A DNA stretch of 62,768 bases from the NCBI GenBank assembly GCA_041651195.1, contig JBAZJR010000006.1, forward strand, positions 1 through 62,768. The letters run 5' to 3'. Positions 47,215-55,179 of the stretch are shown here, piece after piece; position 1 is the stretch's first letter; each line of letters starts with the position of its first letter. Under the pieces are notes generated by a model that saw only the letters and a program-made list of their open reading frames with translations, was not told where the DNA came from and made no database searches. Source of the DNA: Patescibacteria group bacterium. GTDB taxonomy: Bacteria; Patescibacteriota; Patescibacteriia; Patescibacteriales; UBA12465. The position numbers and the translations under genes are program-made.

Positions 47215-47689
47215 AAGTAATGATTAAGATCATCTTCATTGTCCGGACATTGGAGTCAGAACGAATCAAGATGATCGATGTTTCAGTCCGCTGCGCGCCG
47301 CGGCCGATTTTAGCTTACACTGTAAATCAGTCGGAATCCCGCTCCACCAGCTCGCTTGAGCTTAAGGCGAAGGCCGGCTGATCTTAGTCATAAGTTCTGC
47401 CAGCCGAGCGCGTGTTGCCCGCCAGCTGGAGAAAAGCTTAACCGATTTACTGTGGAAATAATCCGAACCGTTAAGCGCTTGAGACTGAAAATTTTATTTA
47501 GTAAGGGACAAACCATCTCGTTTGACCGAGACTCGACCCTTGACGGGGTTTGCCAATCCGCAAACGCGAATTTGTTAATTTATCTCGCTCGGCCGGCCAG
47601 AGTAGAGGACGGATCTTCCAGCTTGGTTCACCTGACAGGAGATAAACTAACAAATTAGCGCTTTGGCGCTCAACTAATCACAAAAAAAA
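47215..47689 (-). other. 475-nt non-coding leader or intergenic region with GC-rich stems
   Basis: No convincing ORF. Imperfect inverted repeat CCAGCCGAGCGCG (about 47400-47412) / CTCGCTCGGCCGG (about 47585-47597). Hairpin CGGCTG-N20-CAGCCG (about 47374-47406). Confidence 0.4.
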
Positions 47690-48532
47690 TTATTTGATTA
47701 TTTCATCGACTTCCTTTAGCTTATCGGCGGCTTTCGTATAATCTTTCTGATCAAAAAGTTTCGTCGCTTCTTCTAAGACCTTATCCGCCTCGGAGGATCC
47801 GGTTTCCGTCTCGGCCGTCGCCGCGGCACCCGTCTCGATTCCGGCGGTCGAACTCGCTTCCGGAGTCGTACTAGCCGCGACCGTGCCCGTGCCCGGTTCT
47901 GCTGGCGTCACAGCCGTCTCTGTTTTTTCAAAAAGCTCGATTCCCTGCCCGTCTTTAGAATTTTCCGCGATGACCACGTCATCAAGAGCAGCCGGAACCG
48001 GAACCGGCGCTTTCTTAACGGTAGACGGCAGGCGGCTGATCCGATCCTTAGCCATGTTCACTTCCGCCTTAAAGCTATCATTTAATTTCGCCACCTGTTC
48101 TCTATTCGCTTCGGTATTGAATTCCGGATCAGCTAAGACGGCGCTGATATCCTGGGCATGGCTGGTCGCGAACTGCACCGCCAGCTTATCGCGCGTTTCT
48201 GTATTGAAAGTCGTATTCAGTTTTACTTGTTCAGAGATTATCCGGGCGATATAAAGAGAATCGTTCGGCTTCGCGCCAGCCAGGAGCTGCTGGCTGAACA
48301 TCGCGCCGGAAAGCAACATCAACACGAAAGCGCCCAAAGCATAAGCTGGCCGGGAAATTGCTTTCATAGCGCTCGTAAAATCAATCAAGACGATTTTCCA
48401 AACCGCTAATTTTTCCGCGCCGGAATTAGAAACCTGGGATAATAAAAGCTCCCGATTGCTCTTCAGCCAATTTTGATCGGGGCTAATGTTTTTCAGGCTA
48501 TTTAATCTAGCGATCAGTTCTTTATCAGTCAT
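47690..48532 (-). CDS. single-pass membrane protein encoded after the sigma factor (possible anti-sigma-like partner)
   Basis: The ATG at 48532 (MTDKELIARLNSLKNISPDQNWLKSNRELLLSQ) is preferred over the TTG at 48559. One TM helix (AYALGAFVLMLLSGAMF), then a helical, acidic, Thr-rich outer part. The functional call is by position only. Confidence 0.45.
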   Translation of the reverse strand: MTDKELIARLNSLKNISPDQNWLKSNRELLLSQVSNSGAEKLAVWKIVLIDFTSAMKAISRPAYALGAFVLMLLSGAMFSQQLLAGAKPNDSLYIARIISEQVKLNTTFNTETRDKLAVQFATSHAQDISAVLADPEFNTEANREQVAKLNDSFKAEVNMAKDRISRLPSTVKKAPVPVPAALDDVVIAENSKDGQGIELFEKTETAVTPAEPGTGTVAASTTPEASSTAGIETGAAATAETETGSSEADKVLEEATKLFDQKDYTKAADKLKEVDEIIK

Positions 48533-48564
48533 ACACCATAGTATACGTAAAACTCGCAAAAACG

Positions 48565-49146
48565 TTACAGATTACTCTCTTTTTCAACTAACTCTCTTAA
48601 GGCATTTAAAGCCCGATGCAGGAGAACGCGGACATTACCCTTAGTTTTTCCGCTAATATCAGATATTTCTTCTAAAGAAAGGTCATTGATAAACTTCATG
48701 ATGATCACTTCCCGATATTCTTCTTTGAGAAGCGGGAGTAAGCGTCTTATCAAGGCTAAATTCGCTTCTTGGTCCAAGCGTTCTGGCGTATCTATGCTAT
48801 CATCAGCCACATCTATCGGCCGGTTTTCATCATCCAAAGAGACGCTCACCTTATTACCGGTTTCCCGATAATAATCTACGATCGAAGTGCGGGCGATTTT
48901 ATATAATAGAGCTCTTAAGGTCTTGGCGTCTTCGAGAGTCTTGTTCTGGATATAGTTCCAAGTCTTCAGGAATATCATCGAAGTCAAGTCATTAGCCTCC
49001 TCGGAGTTGCCAATCTTAAAATAGACGAAACGATGGATTTCCGCCACATTTTGATCATAAATCTCGATAAAAGCCTCTTTATCGCGATTTTTAAGGCGAC
49101 TCATGATCTGCTTATCCTTAAATTTTTCTAACGGATTCAGGGCCAT
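48565..49146 (-). CDS. RNA polymerase sigma factor, sigma-70 family, ECF-like (regions 2 and 4 only)
   Basis: 193 aa. Region 2 (FIEIYDQNVAEIHRFVYFKI..EANDLTSMIFLKTW) and region 4 HTH (LSLEEISDISGKTKGNVRVLLHRAL). Confidence 0.8.
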   Translation of the reverse strand: MALNPLEKFKDKQIMSRLKNRDKEAFIEIYDQNVAEIHRFVYFKIGNSEEANDLTSMIFLKTWNYIQNKTLEDAKTLRALLYKIARTSIVDYYRETGNKVSVSLDDENRPIDVADDSIDTPERLDQEANLALIRRLLPLLKEEYREVIIMKFINDLSLEEISDISGKTKGNVRVLLHRALNALRELVEKESNL

Positions 49147-49384
49147 TTTTTTAACAAAAAATAACGGGGATGTTCAACCCGCCGTGCGCGATGCCTATTA
49201 TTTATACCTTTTCATCCTATCACAAGAAGGACGGAAAGGCAAGAAAAAATACGGCTTATTTTACACTATAAAATGTATATATGTATATACGCTCAAAGGA
49301 TTTTTTTAATCATTCTTCTATATTATTTTAAGTTATCGATCTTCTCTTGACTTTTTAAGAGTAAAAGGACTAATATAATATAAC

Positions 49385-49410
49385 TTAAGTCTAAACATAT
49401 ATGGACTTAA
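49385..49410. promoter_or_regulatory. operator-like palindrome copy 1 (TTAAGTC-N12-GACTTAA)
   Basis: Read directly from the sequence. Related to copies 2 and 3. Confidence 0.5.
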
Positions 49411-49474
49411 AGCTTATTATCAATCATTTTTAGATCCTTAAATCAAGCTTGACTGATTTCCAAATTTTATAAAA

Positions 49475-49503
49475 TTGACATTATTATGCACAATAAGCAT
49501 ATT
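49475..49503 (+). promoter_or_regulatory. candidate promoter TTGACA-17-CATATT for the HTH gene
   Basis: ttgacattattatgcacaataagcatatt. The -10 overlaps palindrome copy 2. Confidence 0.45.
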
Positions 49504-49529
49504 TAAGTCTAATATAATATAGACTTAAA
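49502..49529. promoter_or_regulatory. operator-like palindrome copy 2 (TTTAAGTCTA-N8-TAGACTTAAA)
   Basis: Perfect 10-bp arms. Confidence 0.55.
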
Positions 49530-49560
49530 ATATTTTTTAATTTTTTATTAGCCTATTTCT

Positions 49561-49594
49561 ATATTTAAGTCTAAGCTATATTAGACTTAAATAT
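49561..49594. promoter_or_regulatory. operator-like palindrome copy 3 (ATATTTAAGTCTAA-N6-TTAGACTTAAATAT)
   Basis: Perfect 14-bp arms. Ends 15 nt before the ATG at 49610. Confidence 0.55.
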
Positions 49595-49609
49595 ATAAAA
49601 ATTATAAAA

Positions 49610-49876
49610 ATGGCGGACAAAATAAAGCTCCCAATTAAAGATGTCGGCTATCCTATCTGGGTATCTGTTTCCGAGGCAGCTGATCTCGGCGGCGTCCAAG
49701 GGAAAACTATCCGACGAGCGATCAAAAGCGACCCTAATTTACGCTATAAAATCGTCAAAAACCGCTACCATATAGAATTCGGATCGTTGCTCGCCTTCCT
49801 CCATAAGAACACCAAGTTGAGAAACAAACTTAATGACCTAGGCTTGGGCCAGTATGTCAGCGCCTGGAAAGAATAA
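49610..49876 (+). CDS. small helix-turn-helix DNA-binding protein (excisionase/MerR-like HTH)
   Basis: 88 aa. WVSVSEAADLGGVQGKTIRRAIKS reads as an HTH. AT-rich surroundings. Confidence 0.5.
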   Translation: MADKIKLPIKDVGYPIWVSVSEAADLGGVQGKTIRRAIKSDPNLRYKIVKNRYHIEFGSLLAFLHKNTKLRNKLNDLGLGQYVSAWKE

Positions 49877-49896
49877 AAAGGATAAACGATAAAATA

Positions 49897-49933
49897 AAAA
49901 AACCACTCCGGATTCCGTCGGAGTGATTTTTTA
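49897..49933. terminator. bidirectional terminator between the HTH gene and hup
   Basis: A-run, stem CACTCCG / CGGAGTG (about 49904-49926), then TTTTTT. Confidence 0.7.
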
Positions 49934-49993
49934 TAGGAAAACTAAATTTTCTTTCTCAACCTTGCTTTCTTTCGAGAATCTAAACTTAGGAAA

Positions 49994-50275
49994 CTAGAGG
50001 ACCGCGTCCTTGACTGCCTTGGCTAAGCGGAATTTAACTACGGTTTTCGCCGGGATCTTGATGGTTTCGCCGGTCGCTGGATTGCGGCCTTCTCTAGCCT
50101 TGCGATGAGCTTTAACTAATTTGCCGAAACCTGGGACAACGCATTCGCCGCTTTTCTTCGCTTCTTTGTAGACGAAAGCCGCTAAATTATCCATAAAACT
50201 GGCGGTTTCCTTCTTGCTTAAACCGGTCGCTTCCGCTAAAGAGGCGATCATCTGTGACTTTGTCATTTTTGACAT
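49994..50275 (-). CDS. hup: DNA-binding protein HU
   Basis: MTKSQMIASLAEATGLSKKE..GFGKLVKAHRKAREGRNPATGETIKIPAKTVVKFRLAKAVKDAV. The track start at 50311 is TTG. An ATG at 50275 or 50266 is preferred. Confidence 0.9.
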   Translation of the reverse strand: MSKMTKSQMIASLAEATGLSKKETASFMDNLAAFVYKEAKKSGECVVPGFGKLVKAHRKAREGRNPATGETIKIPAKTVVKFRLAKAVKDAVL

Positions 50276-50411
50276 AATTTTATTATGGGATCTTAGAAAT
50301 AAATAGCTCAAAGCTATTTAATAGGAAGATCCGTTTAAATAATTACTAACCTTTAAATATAGACTGATTCATTTTTAAATAACAAACAAGAAACTCAATG
50401 TCTATGGGGAT

Positions 50412-50440
50412 ATTATAGCATACCTAATAAAATATGCCAA
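50412..50440 (-). promoter_or_regulatory. TTGGCA-17-TATAAT promoter with TGn extension (TGCTATAAT)
   Basis: Minus strand reads TTGGCAtattttattaggtaTGCTATAAT, just after the SET gene stop. A second candidate (TTGAGC-18-CATAAT) sits 6 nt before the ATG at 50275. Confidence 0.45.
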
Positions 50441-50452
50441 TAAATAAAGGGC

Positions 50453-51211
50453 TTATTTGAATCCAAGGAGCTCGCGGCCGCTAAGGCCCCAGATAACCAG
50501 ACCTAAACGTCGGAAACGGATAGGCCTGCCTGCCTCGCGCAGCGTCCGGCGCAAAACCGCTAAGGTCGGCAAAGTTTCTGCCTCGGATAGCAAAGGTTTA
50601 GCTGATAAATTAGCGAATAAATCATAAGCCGCGTCATCCTTGATCCGCCTCGGATAAGTGCCTAAAGCGGTCAAGACCGCGCCAGGCTTAAGCAATTTAA
50701 AGGCCGCTTGCCGCCGCGCTTCTCGGCGACATAAGCGGCCATAGCGTTTAAGCTTGGCGACACTTACATACATCGTGCCGCGGCAAACCGGGCTGCCGCA
50801 GGAGCATTGGTGCAAAAAATCTTTCTGCTTACGAGCCTCGGCTTGATCGGCATCAAAGCTATAATCGATCGTCAATTCTTCGCCCGGGAAAATATGCCGC
50901 AAGGCGAAATAAAGAGTATGGCCGAGATAATAGTAGCTATCGCAATTCGGCGAACAAGAGTGATTGATCAGGTGCACGCCCGGCGCCTTGATATCCAGTG
51001 GGAAAATCGATAAGCCGTTATCAGCATAATCCATCGCATAGCAAGCATGTCCGTACTTATTCTCTAGCCGGACCGCGGCTTTATCAGGGACTAAGCGGCC
51101 CAAGTAATCGCCGATGACCGTGCCGGCCGCTATGCCGCGCCGCGCGAAAACGCCGCGCCCTTTCCGGCCCGCAGATTTGATCTGATAAAAATCGGGAGTC
51201 AATAGGAACAT
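50453..51211 (-). CDS. SET-domain protein (putative protein-lysine methyltransferase) with a ~100-aa basic C-terminal extension
   Basis: 252 aa. GRGVFARRGIAAGTVIGDYLG, HLINHSCSPNC, GEELTIDYSF, post-SET CSCGSPVCRG. Confidence 0.8.
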   Translation of the reverse strand: MFLLTPDFYQIKSAGRKGRGVFARRGIAAGTVIGDYLGRLVPDKAAVRLENKYGHACYAMDYADNGLSIFPLDIKAPGVHLINHSCSPNCDSYYYLGHTLYFALRHIFPGEELTIDYSFDADQAEARKQKDFLHQCSCGSPVCRGTMYVSVAKLKRYGRLCRREARRQAAFKLLKPGAVLTALGTYPRRIKDDAAYDLFANLSAKPLLSEAETLPTLAVLRRTLREAGRPIRFRRLGLVIWGLSGRELLGFK

Positions 51212-51215
51212 AACT

Positions 51216-51764
51216 TTAATCTTTTAATTTCTGGCTACCCCTTTTCCCCCGCCTCATCTCAGGCCACAGCCTACCCCGATTGCGCCGCCGAAATTCCGGA
51301 TCAAGCCAATCCCGTCCGGTCACCACCCCGCGGCAATCCACCGCGCCGCAGGCGCATTTCATCTTGAACTCGGCATCCGTGAACATGAAGCCGTAATCGA
51401 TGAAGAGCTCTTCCCCTTTCTTGATCGCCCGCGCCGCCACGAAATTGCCTTGCTGGTCGTAAGCGATATTAGGCGCGCAGCTATGATTAAAATACCAGGA
51501 AATACCCATATTATTCAGGTCGGCCGGCACGATATACTCGTCGTCTTCCAAGACGCAGAAATGTTTTATCTTTTCGCGCGTCGTCTTGTCCAGCTTCCGG
51601 AAATCCCGCCGGCCCAAGATAACGACTTCCTCCGGCGCGTCAACATCAGCGACAACTTCTCCGCGCCTGATATTCCGGACGGCGAAAGTCGCGACCTCGC
51701 CAGGTAAAGCCCGGGAGGGACGGAGTTCGAACATCAGCCGCGGAATCTTTTTGACTTTCTTCAT
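51216..51764 (-). CDS. SET-domain protein (putative protein-lysine methyltransferase)
   Basis: 182 aa. YFNHSCAPNIAY, GEELFIDYGF, post-SET CACGAVDCRG. ATGA overlap with the upstream GNAT gene and a 4-nt gap to the next SET gene. Confidence 0.8.
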   Translation of the reverse strand: MKKVKKIPRLMFELRPSRALPGEVATFAVRNIRRGEVVADVDAPEEVVILGRRDFRKLDKTTREKIKHFCVLEDDEYIVPADLNNMGISWYFNHSCAPNIAYDQQGNFVAARAIKKGEELFIDYGFMFTDAEFKMKCACGAVDCRGVVTGRDWLDPEFRRRNRGRLWPEMRRGKRGSQKLKD

Positions 51765-52654
51765 AATTTAATAAATTTATATTGCGGTTCCTTGTCCAGA
51801 TGCCAGGCCTCCTTCCAATTACAACCACCTAAAGAAAAATTAAAGGTCTTCAGTCCCAGGCTGATCGCCAGTTCCAGATTAGCTTTAGTCAAATATTTAA
51901 AAGCATCGCTCACCCGGCTGATATCCGAGCCGACAATCAAGTAATAGTAGATATTATTATAAACGATCGATAAAGAAGCGGCCAGCTTTTCGCCGTCTAT
52001 TTCGACTGTAATGAGGTGCCAAGCCAAGGATAATCTGACCAGGTCACGGAAAGGCTGGCGCTCCGCTTCCGTCCGCAGATAAGATTCCGCGCCGAAGCGC
52101 CGGACGTTGAGATCCATCAATAATTCCAGGTCCTTAAAATCATTATGGATGACCTTGACCGCGTGCTCGCGTTCCAAGACCGTAAAGATCCGCTTGAAAT
52201 TAGAACGCTTGTGGGCGCTGGGGAAAGCCACGGTCAGATAGTCGCCGAAACTATGAAAACGGCTGATATCTAAAAAATAAATATAGTCTTCCAAGGGCAA
52301 GGAACGAGTAAAATCATCCTGGCCGGAGATATCGAAGATCTTAGTGACGGCTGGCGCCAAACGGAAGAGCTCAGGCACCAGATGCTCATAGCCAGCTTTG
52401 ACGAAAGGCCGGTTCTCTTCCATAAAGTTCTCCGCAAAAAATTCATAGGCGGCGAGAAGCTCGTTATATTGCAGAGGTAATAACCCGACTGCCTGGCCAT
52501 CCTCATAGATGGCATAAAAATGGAGCGGCTGGACGTCATGGCAATAAAAACAATAACGAAAATCCCAGAGATCGTAGAGCGACCGCTGGGGCGACAATTT
52601 ATTCCATAGGCGTTTGGCCTCCGCCAAATCGTGAAAAATCTTGATTTCGGTCAT
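51761..52654 (-). CDS. GNAT-fold acyl/peptidyl-transferase, CelD/BcsL or FemAB-like
   Basis: 297 aa. The overall pattern (LWNKL..SLYDLWDFRYCFY ... LITVEIDGEKLAASLSIVYNNIYYYLIVGSD ... FNFSLGG) resembles two-lobed Acetyltransf_6-type proteins. Called from memory of the family. Confidence 0.55.
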   Translation of the reverse strand: MTEIKIFHDLAEAKRLWNKLSPQRSLYDLWDFRYCFYCHDVQPLHFYAIYEDGQAVGLLPLQYNELLAAYEFFAENFMEENRPFVKAGYEHLVPELFRLAPAVTKIFDISGQDDFTRSLPLEDYIYFLDISRFHSFGDYLTVAFPSAHKRSNFKRIFTVLEREHAVKVIHNDFKDLELLMDLNVRRFGAESYLRTEAERQPFRDLVRLSLAWHLITVEIDGEKLAASLSIVYNNIYYYLIVGSDISRVSDAFKYLTKANLELAISLGLKTFNFSLGGCNWKEAWHLDKEPQYKFIKL

Positions 52655-52685
52655 AATTTACCGCCAGATCATGTATATCACGGAA

Positions 52686-55154
52686 TCACATGATATTCGG
52701 CTGGAGATGATAATAGGGCGGATTATCCTTATAGCGTTTGATCGCCAGACGGATGATCTCCTCCAGAAAATCGCCATAATCCAGGCCGATAACTTCCGCC
52801 GAAGCGGAAAATGTCCCCTCGGCGTCCAGCGACGGATTAGGATTGAGCTCCAGGACGTAAGGGTTATTATTCTTGTCCACCCGGATCTCGATCCGGCCGT
52901 AATCATGGCAATCCAGGATATTATAAGTATCTAGAGCGATCTCGCCCAGGAGAGCTTCTAATTTCTTATTGATATTCTTTGGCGGACGCTGGACGATGAT
53001 CTTCTTATATTCCCCGCCATCCGTGTATTTTGATTCGAAAGGATAAATATGCCAGAGATTCGGCGGCAGCTCGTCGAAGATGGAACGCGCGAGCGGCAAT
53101 ATCCGGAGATCATCCTCCTCGCTCCCGATGATCGGCACATCGTATTCGTCGCCGTCGATATACTCTTCGATCAGGGCCGGCCGGCCGATTTCTTTCAAGA
53201 CCTTCTCTAATTGCCGATAGAGCTCCGCCTTATTCCGGACGACCGAATCGTTGGTGATGCCGATTGAATTGTCGGTATTGGCCGGTTTGACGATAAGCGG
53301 ATATTTCAAATCGTCGCGGATATCATCATCCAGAGAATAGACGTAGTCCCATTCCGGCGTCGGGATCTTATGATAGCTCAAGAGCTTCTTGACGCGGATC
53401 TTGTCGATGCACAAGCCGAGAGTAAAGGGGTTGGAGCCGGTATAAGGGATCTGCAAGGTATCGAGGATGGAAGCCACGTGCGGCTCCAAGAGGCTGGAAT
53501 TATTGATCCGTTCGCAGACATTGAAGACAAGATCCACGTCGCTATTCTTCAGGTCATTGAAAGCCTGCGGCAGGTCGTTGAAATCGAAAAAGCTGATCTT
53601 ATAGCCCCGTTCCCTAAGATTTTTCTCGATATCCTTGCCGATGACCGTCAGATCATTCTCCACGGCGGTTTCCTGGTCGGCCGCGTTCTCTTCGTAGAGA
53701 TTGCAGGCGATGCCGATATGCAGATTGCGCTGATTAGAGATGGCCATGCGCCTGATCTTCTCGATCTTAGAGCGACGCTTCAAGATGTCGACATTGATGG
53801 CGGAAACGGAAAATGGCGAACGGCGCGTCGTCTTGCCGAGAGAAGAAGCGGGATGGAACCGCGCTACGTCATAGCTGATATATTTTTTGGCTTCGTGGAG
53901 ATTATCTTGCGCGTCCAGGGGATTAGAGCCGGAAACCAAGATCCAGCCCAGATATTCATAGCCGTCCGGCGGCAGCAAGACCGAATCGCCGATCCTCTTC
54001 TCGAACTGGAATTCCTTGACGAAAGGCCGGCGCTTCAGATCGTCGCCGATCTCCAAGTTGACGATGATCCCGGAATGATCGGAAGAAAAAGTATCGGCGA
54101 TCAGATATTCATAGGGGCCAGTCGGAAATTCGAATTTCGGGATATAGACGCCGAGCGCGATCTTCAGGAGGTTCTCGATCAGGTCGATATGCCAAGCCGC
54201 CTTGACGCTCGGATAGACCTCATCGCCGCCGAGGCGTAGATTTATTTCCAAGGGGACAGGGCCGCGCGGCGTGGATTTCGCTTCAAAATGGATGCAGCCG
54301 TTCAGGATCCCTAATTTTTCCAAAGTCTCGTCGGCCATCGCCAAAAGCTCGGTTTGATTCTTAGCGGGCAGGCTAGAGGGAGTCATGCGCGTCGTCTCGA
54401 TAAAAAACGGCTCCTTAGTCTTACCATTATCGGAAATGCCGCAAAACTTGATCTTCCCGTTCTGGATCAGGATGTCCATATCGACTTCATCACCATCGAT
54501 ATATTCCTCGACAAAGACTTCGAGGCCGTCATTCAGGGCAGACTCGATCTTCGGAGAGATGTCTTTCTTGATGTAATTATAGCTCTCGCGCAACTCTTCT
54601 TCGTTGTCGACCTTGACGACGAAAGCGCTAGCCGCGCCATAGGCGGGCTTGACGACCAAGGGAAAATTGAAAGATTTAACGGTCTCATCCAGATCCCTGG
54701 CGCTTTTCAACTCCCTGAATTTAACGGCCGGCAAATTATTGGCCGCGCAAAATTCCCGCAAAGCGTATTTATTGCGGACACGATTAGCTACTTTATAAGA
54801 CGTGCTGATCAATCGATATTTATCGGCGATCTTCGCGGTCAAGAGGACGTCGTCTTCCAAGAAAGTAATGACGCCGTCCAGCTTGACGGCCGGATTGAGC
54901 TTGAAAAATTCATCTAAGGCGGCTAAGGCGGCCGGAAAATTCAGGGTATCAGCCGTCACGCAATGATCGACATAGGGCTGGAAACTATTAGCTTCTTTGC
55001 TTAAGATGACAATCTTTAACCCCAGATTCTTGACTTTCCGGATAAAGGCTTTTTTCGAATGGAGCGGATCATTTGCTCCCGCCGTATTGACGATCAGGAT
55101 TGTCTTGTTAGCGAGCGGGCTACGGTGCGAGTCTGCATGGCCATTGCCGTTCAT
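52686..55154 (-). CDS. fusion of two ATP-grasp ligase modules (L-amino-acid-ligase-like N-half, D-Ala-D-Ala-ligase-like C-half)
   Basis: 822 aa. N-half: FPLVVKPAYGAASAFVVKV, FVEEYIDGDEVDMDIL, LEINLRLGGD. C-half: LHIGIACNLYEE, PYTGSNPFTLGLCIDKIRVKKLL, YPLIVKPANTDNSIGI, IEEYIDGDEYDVPIIG, VLELNPNPSL. Confidence 0.7.
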   Translation of the reverse strand: MNGNGHADSHRSPLANKTILIVNTAGANDPLHSKKAFIRKVKNLGLKIVILSKEANSFQPYVDHCVTADTLNFPAALAALDEFFKLNPAVKLDGVITFLEDDVLLTAKIADKYRLISTSYKVANRVRNKYALREFCAANNLPAVKFRELKSARDLDETVKSFNFPLVVKPAYGAASAFVVKVDNEEELRESYNYIKKDISPKIESALNDGLEVFVEEYIDGDEVDMDILIQNGKIKFCGISDNGKTKEPFFIETTRMTPSSLPAKNQTELLAMADETLEKLGILNGCIHFEAKSTPRGPVPLEINLRLGGDEVYPSVKAAWHIDLIENLLKIALGVYIPKFEFPTGPYEYLIADTFSSDHSGIIVNLEIGDDLKRRPFVKEFQFEKRIGDSVLLPPDGYEYLGWILVSGSNPLDAQDNLHEAKKYISYDVARFHPASSLGKTTRRSPFSVSAINVDILKRRSKIEKIRRMAISNQRNLHIGIACNLYEENAADQETAVENDLTVIGKDIEKNLRERGYKISFFDFNDLPQAFNDLKNSDVDLVFNVCERINNSSLLEPHVASILDTLQIPYTGSNPFTLGLCIDKIRVKKLLSYHKIPTPEWDYVYSLDDDIRDDLKYPLIVKPANTDNSIGITNDSVVRNKAELYRQLEKVLKEIGRPALIEEYIDGDEYDVPIIGSEEDDLRILPLARSIFDELPPNLWHIYPFESKYTDGGEYKKIIVQRPPKNINKKLEALLGEIALDTYNILDCHDYGRIEIRVDKNNNPYVLELNPNPSLDAEGTFSASAEVIGLDYGDFLEEIIRLAIKRYKDNPPYYHLQPNIM

Positions 55155-55179
55155 AATTATTTAATGTTATAAGTCGCGA

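Noticed and set aside
47322-47349. GGAATCCCGCTCCACCA resembles a tmRNA or tRNA 3' end with CCA, with GACTCGAC..GACGGGG downstream, which suggested a permuted tmRNA
   Set aside because: No T-arm stem can be formed upstream of the putative acceptor strand. No matching 5' acceptor strand (GGGGCGG-like) is present. No plausible tag reading frame ending in hydrophobic residues was found on either strand.
53370-54239. 289-aa plus-strand ORF (with 54354-54917 and others) inside the ATP-grasp gene
   Set aside because: It is antisense to a gene with clear family motifs. The product is Asp/Arg/Ile/Leu-rich low complexity with no start context. It is a typical shadow ORF. The same reasoning applies to the other antisense ORFs in the track, such as 2522-2947, 13709-14056, 33499-33957, 45821-46672 and 61428-61868.
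50453-55154. Horizontal transfer of the ATP-grasp/GNAT/SET block, judged from composition
   Set aside because: G+C varies widely line to line and does not look clearly different from neighbouring genes by eye. I make no claim without a computed skew.
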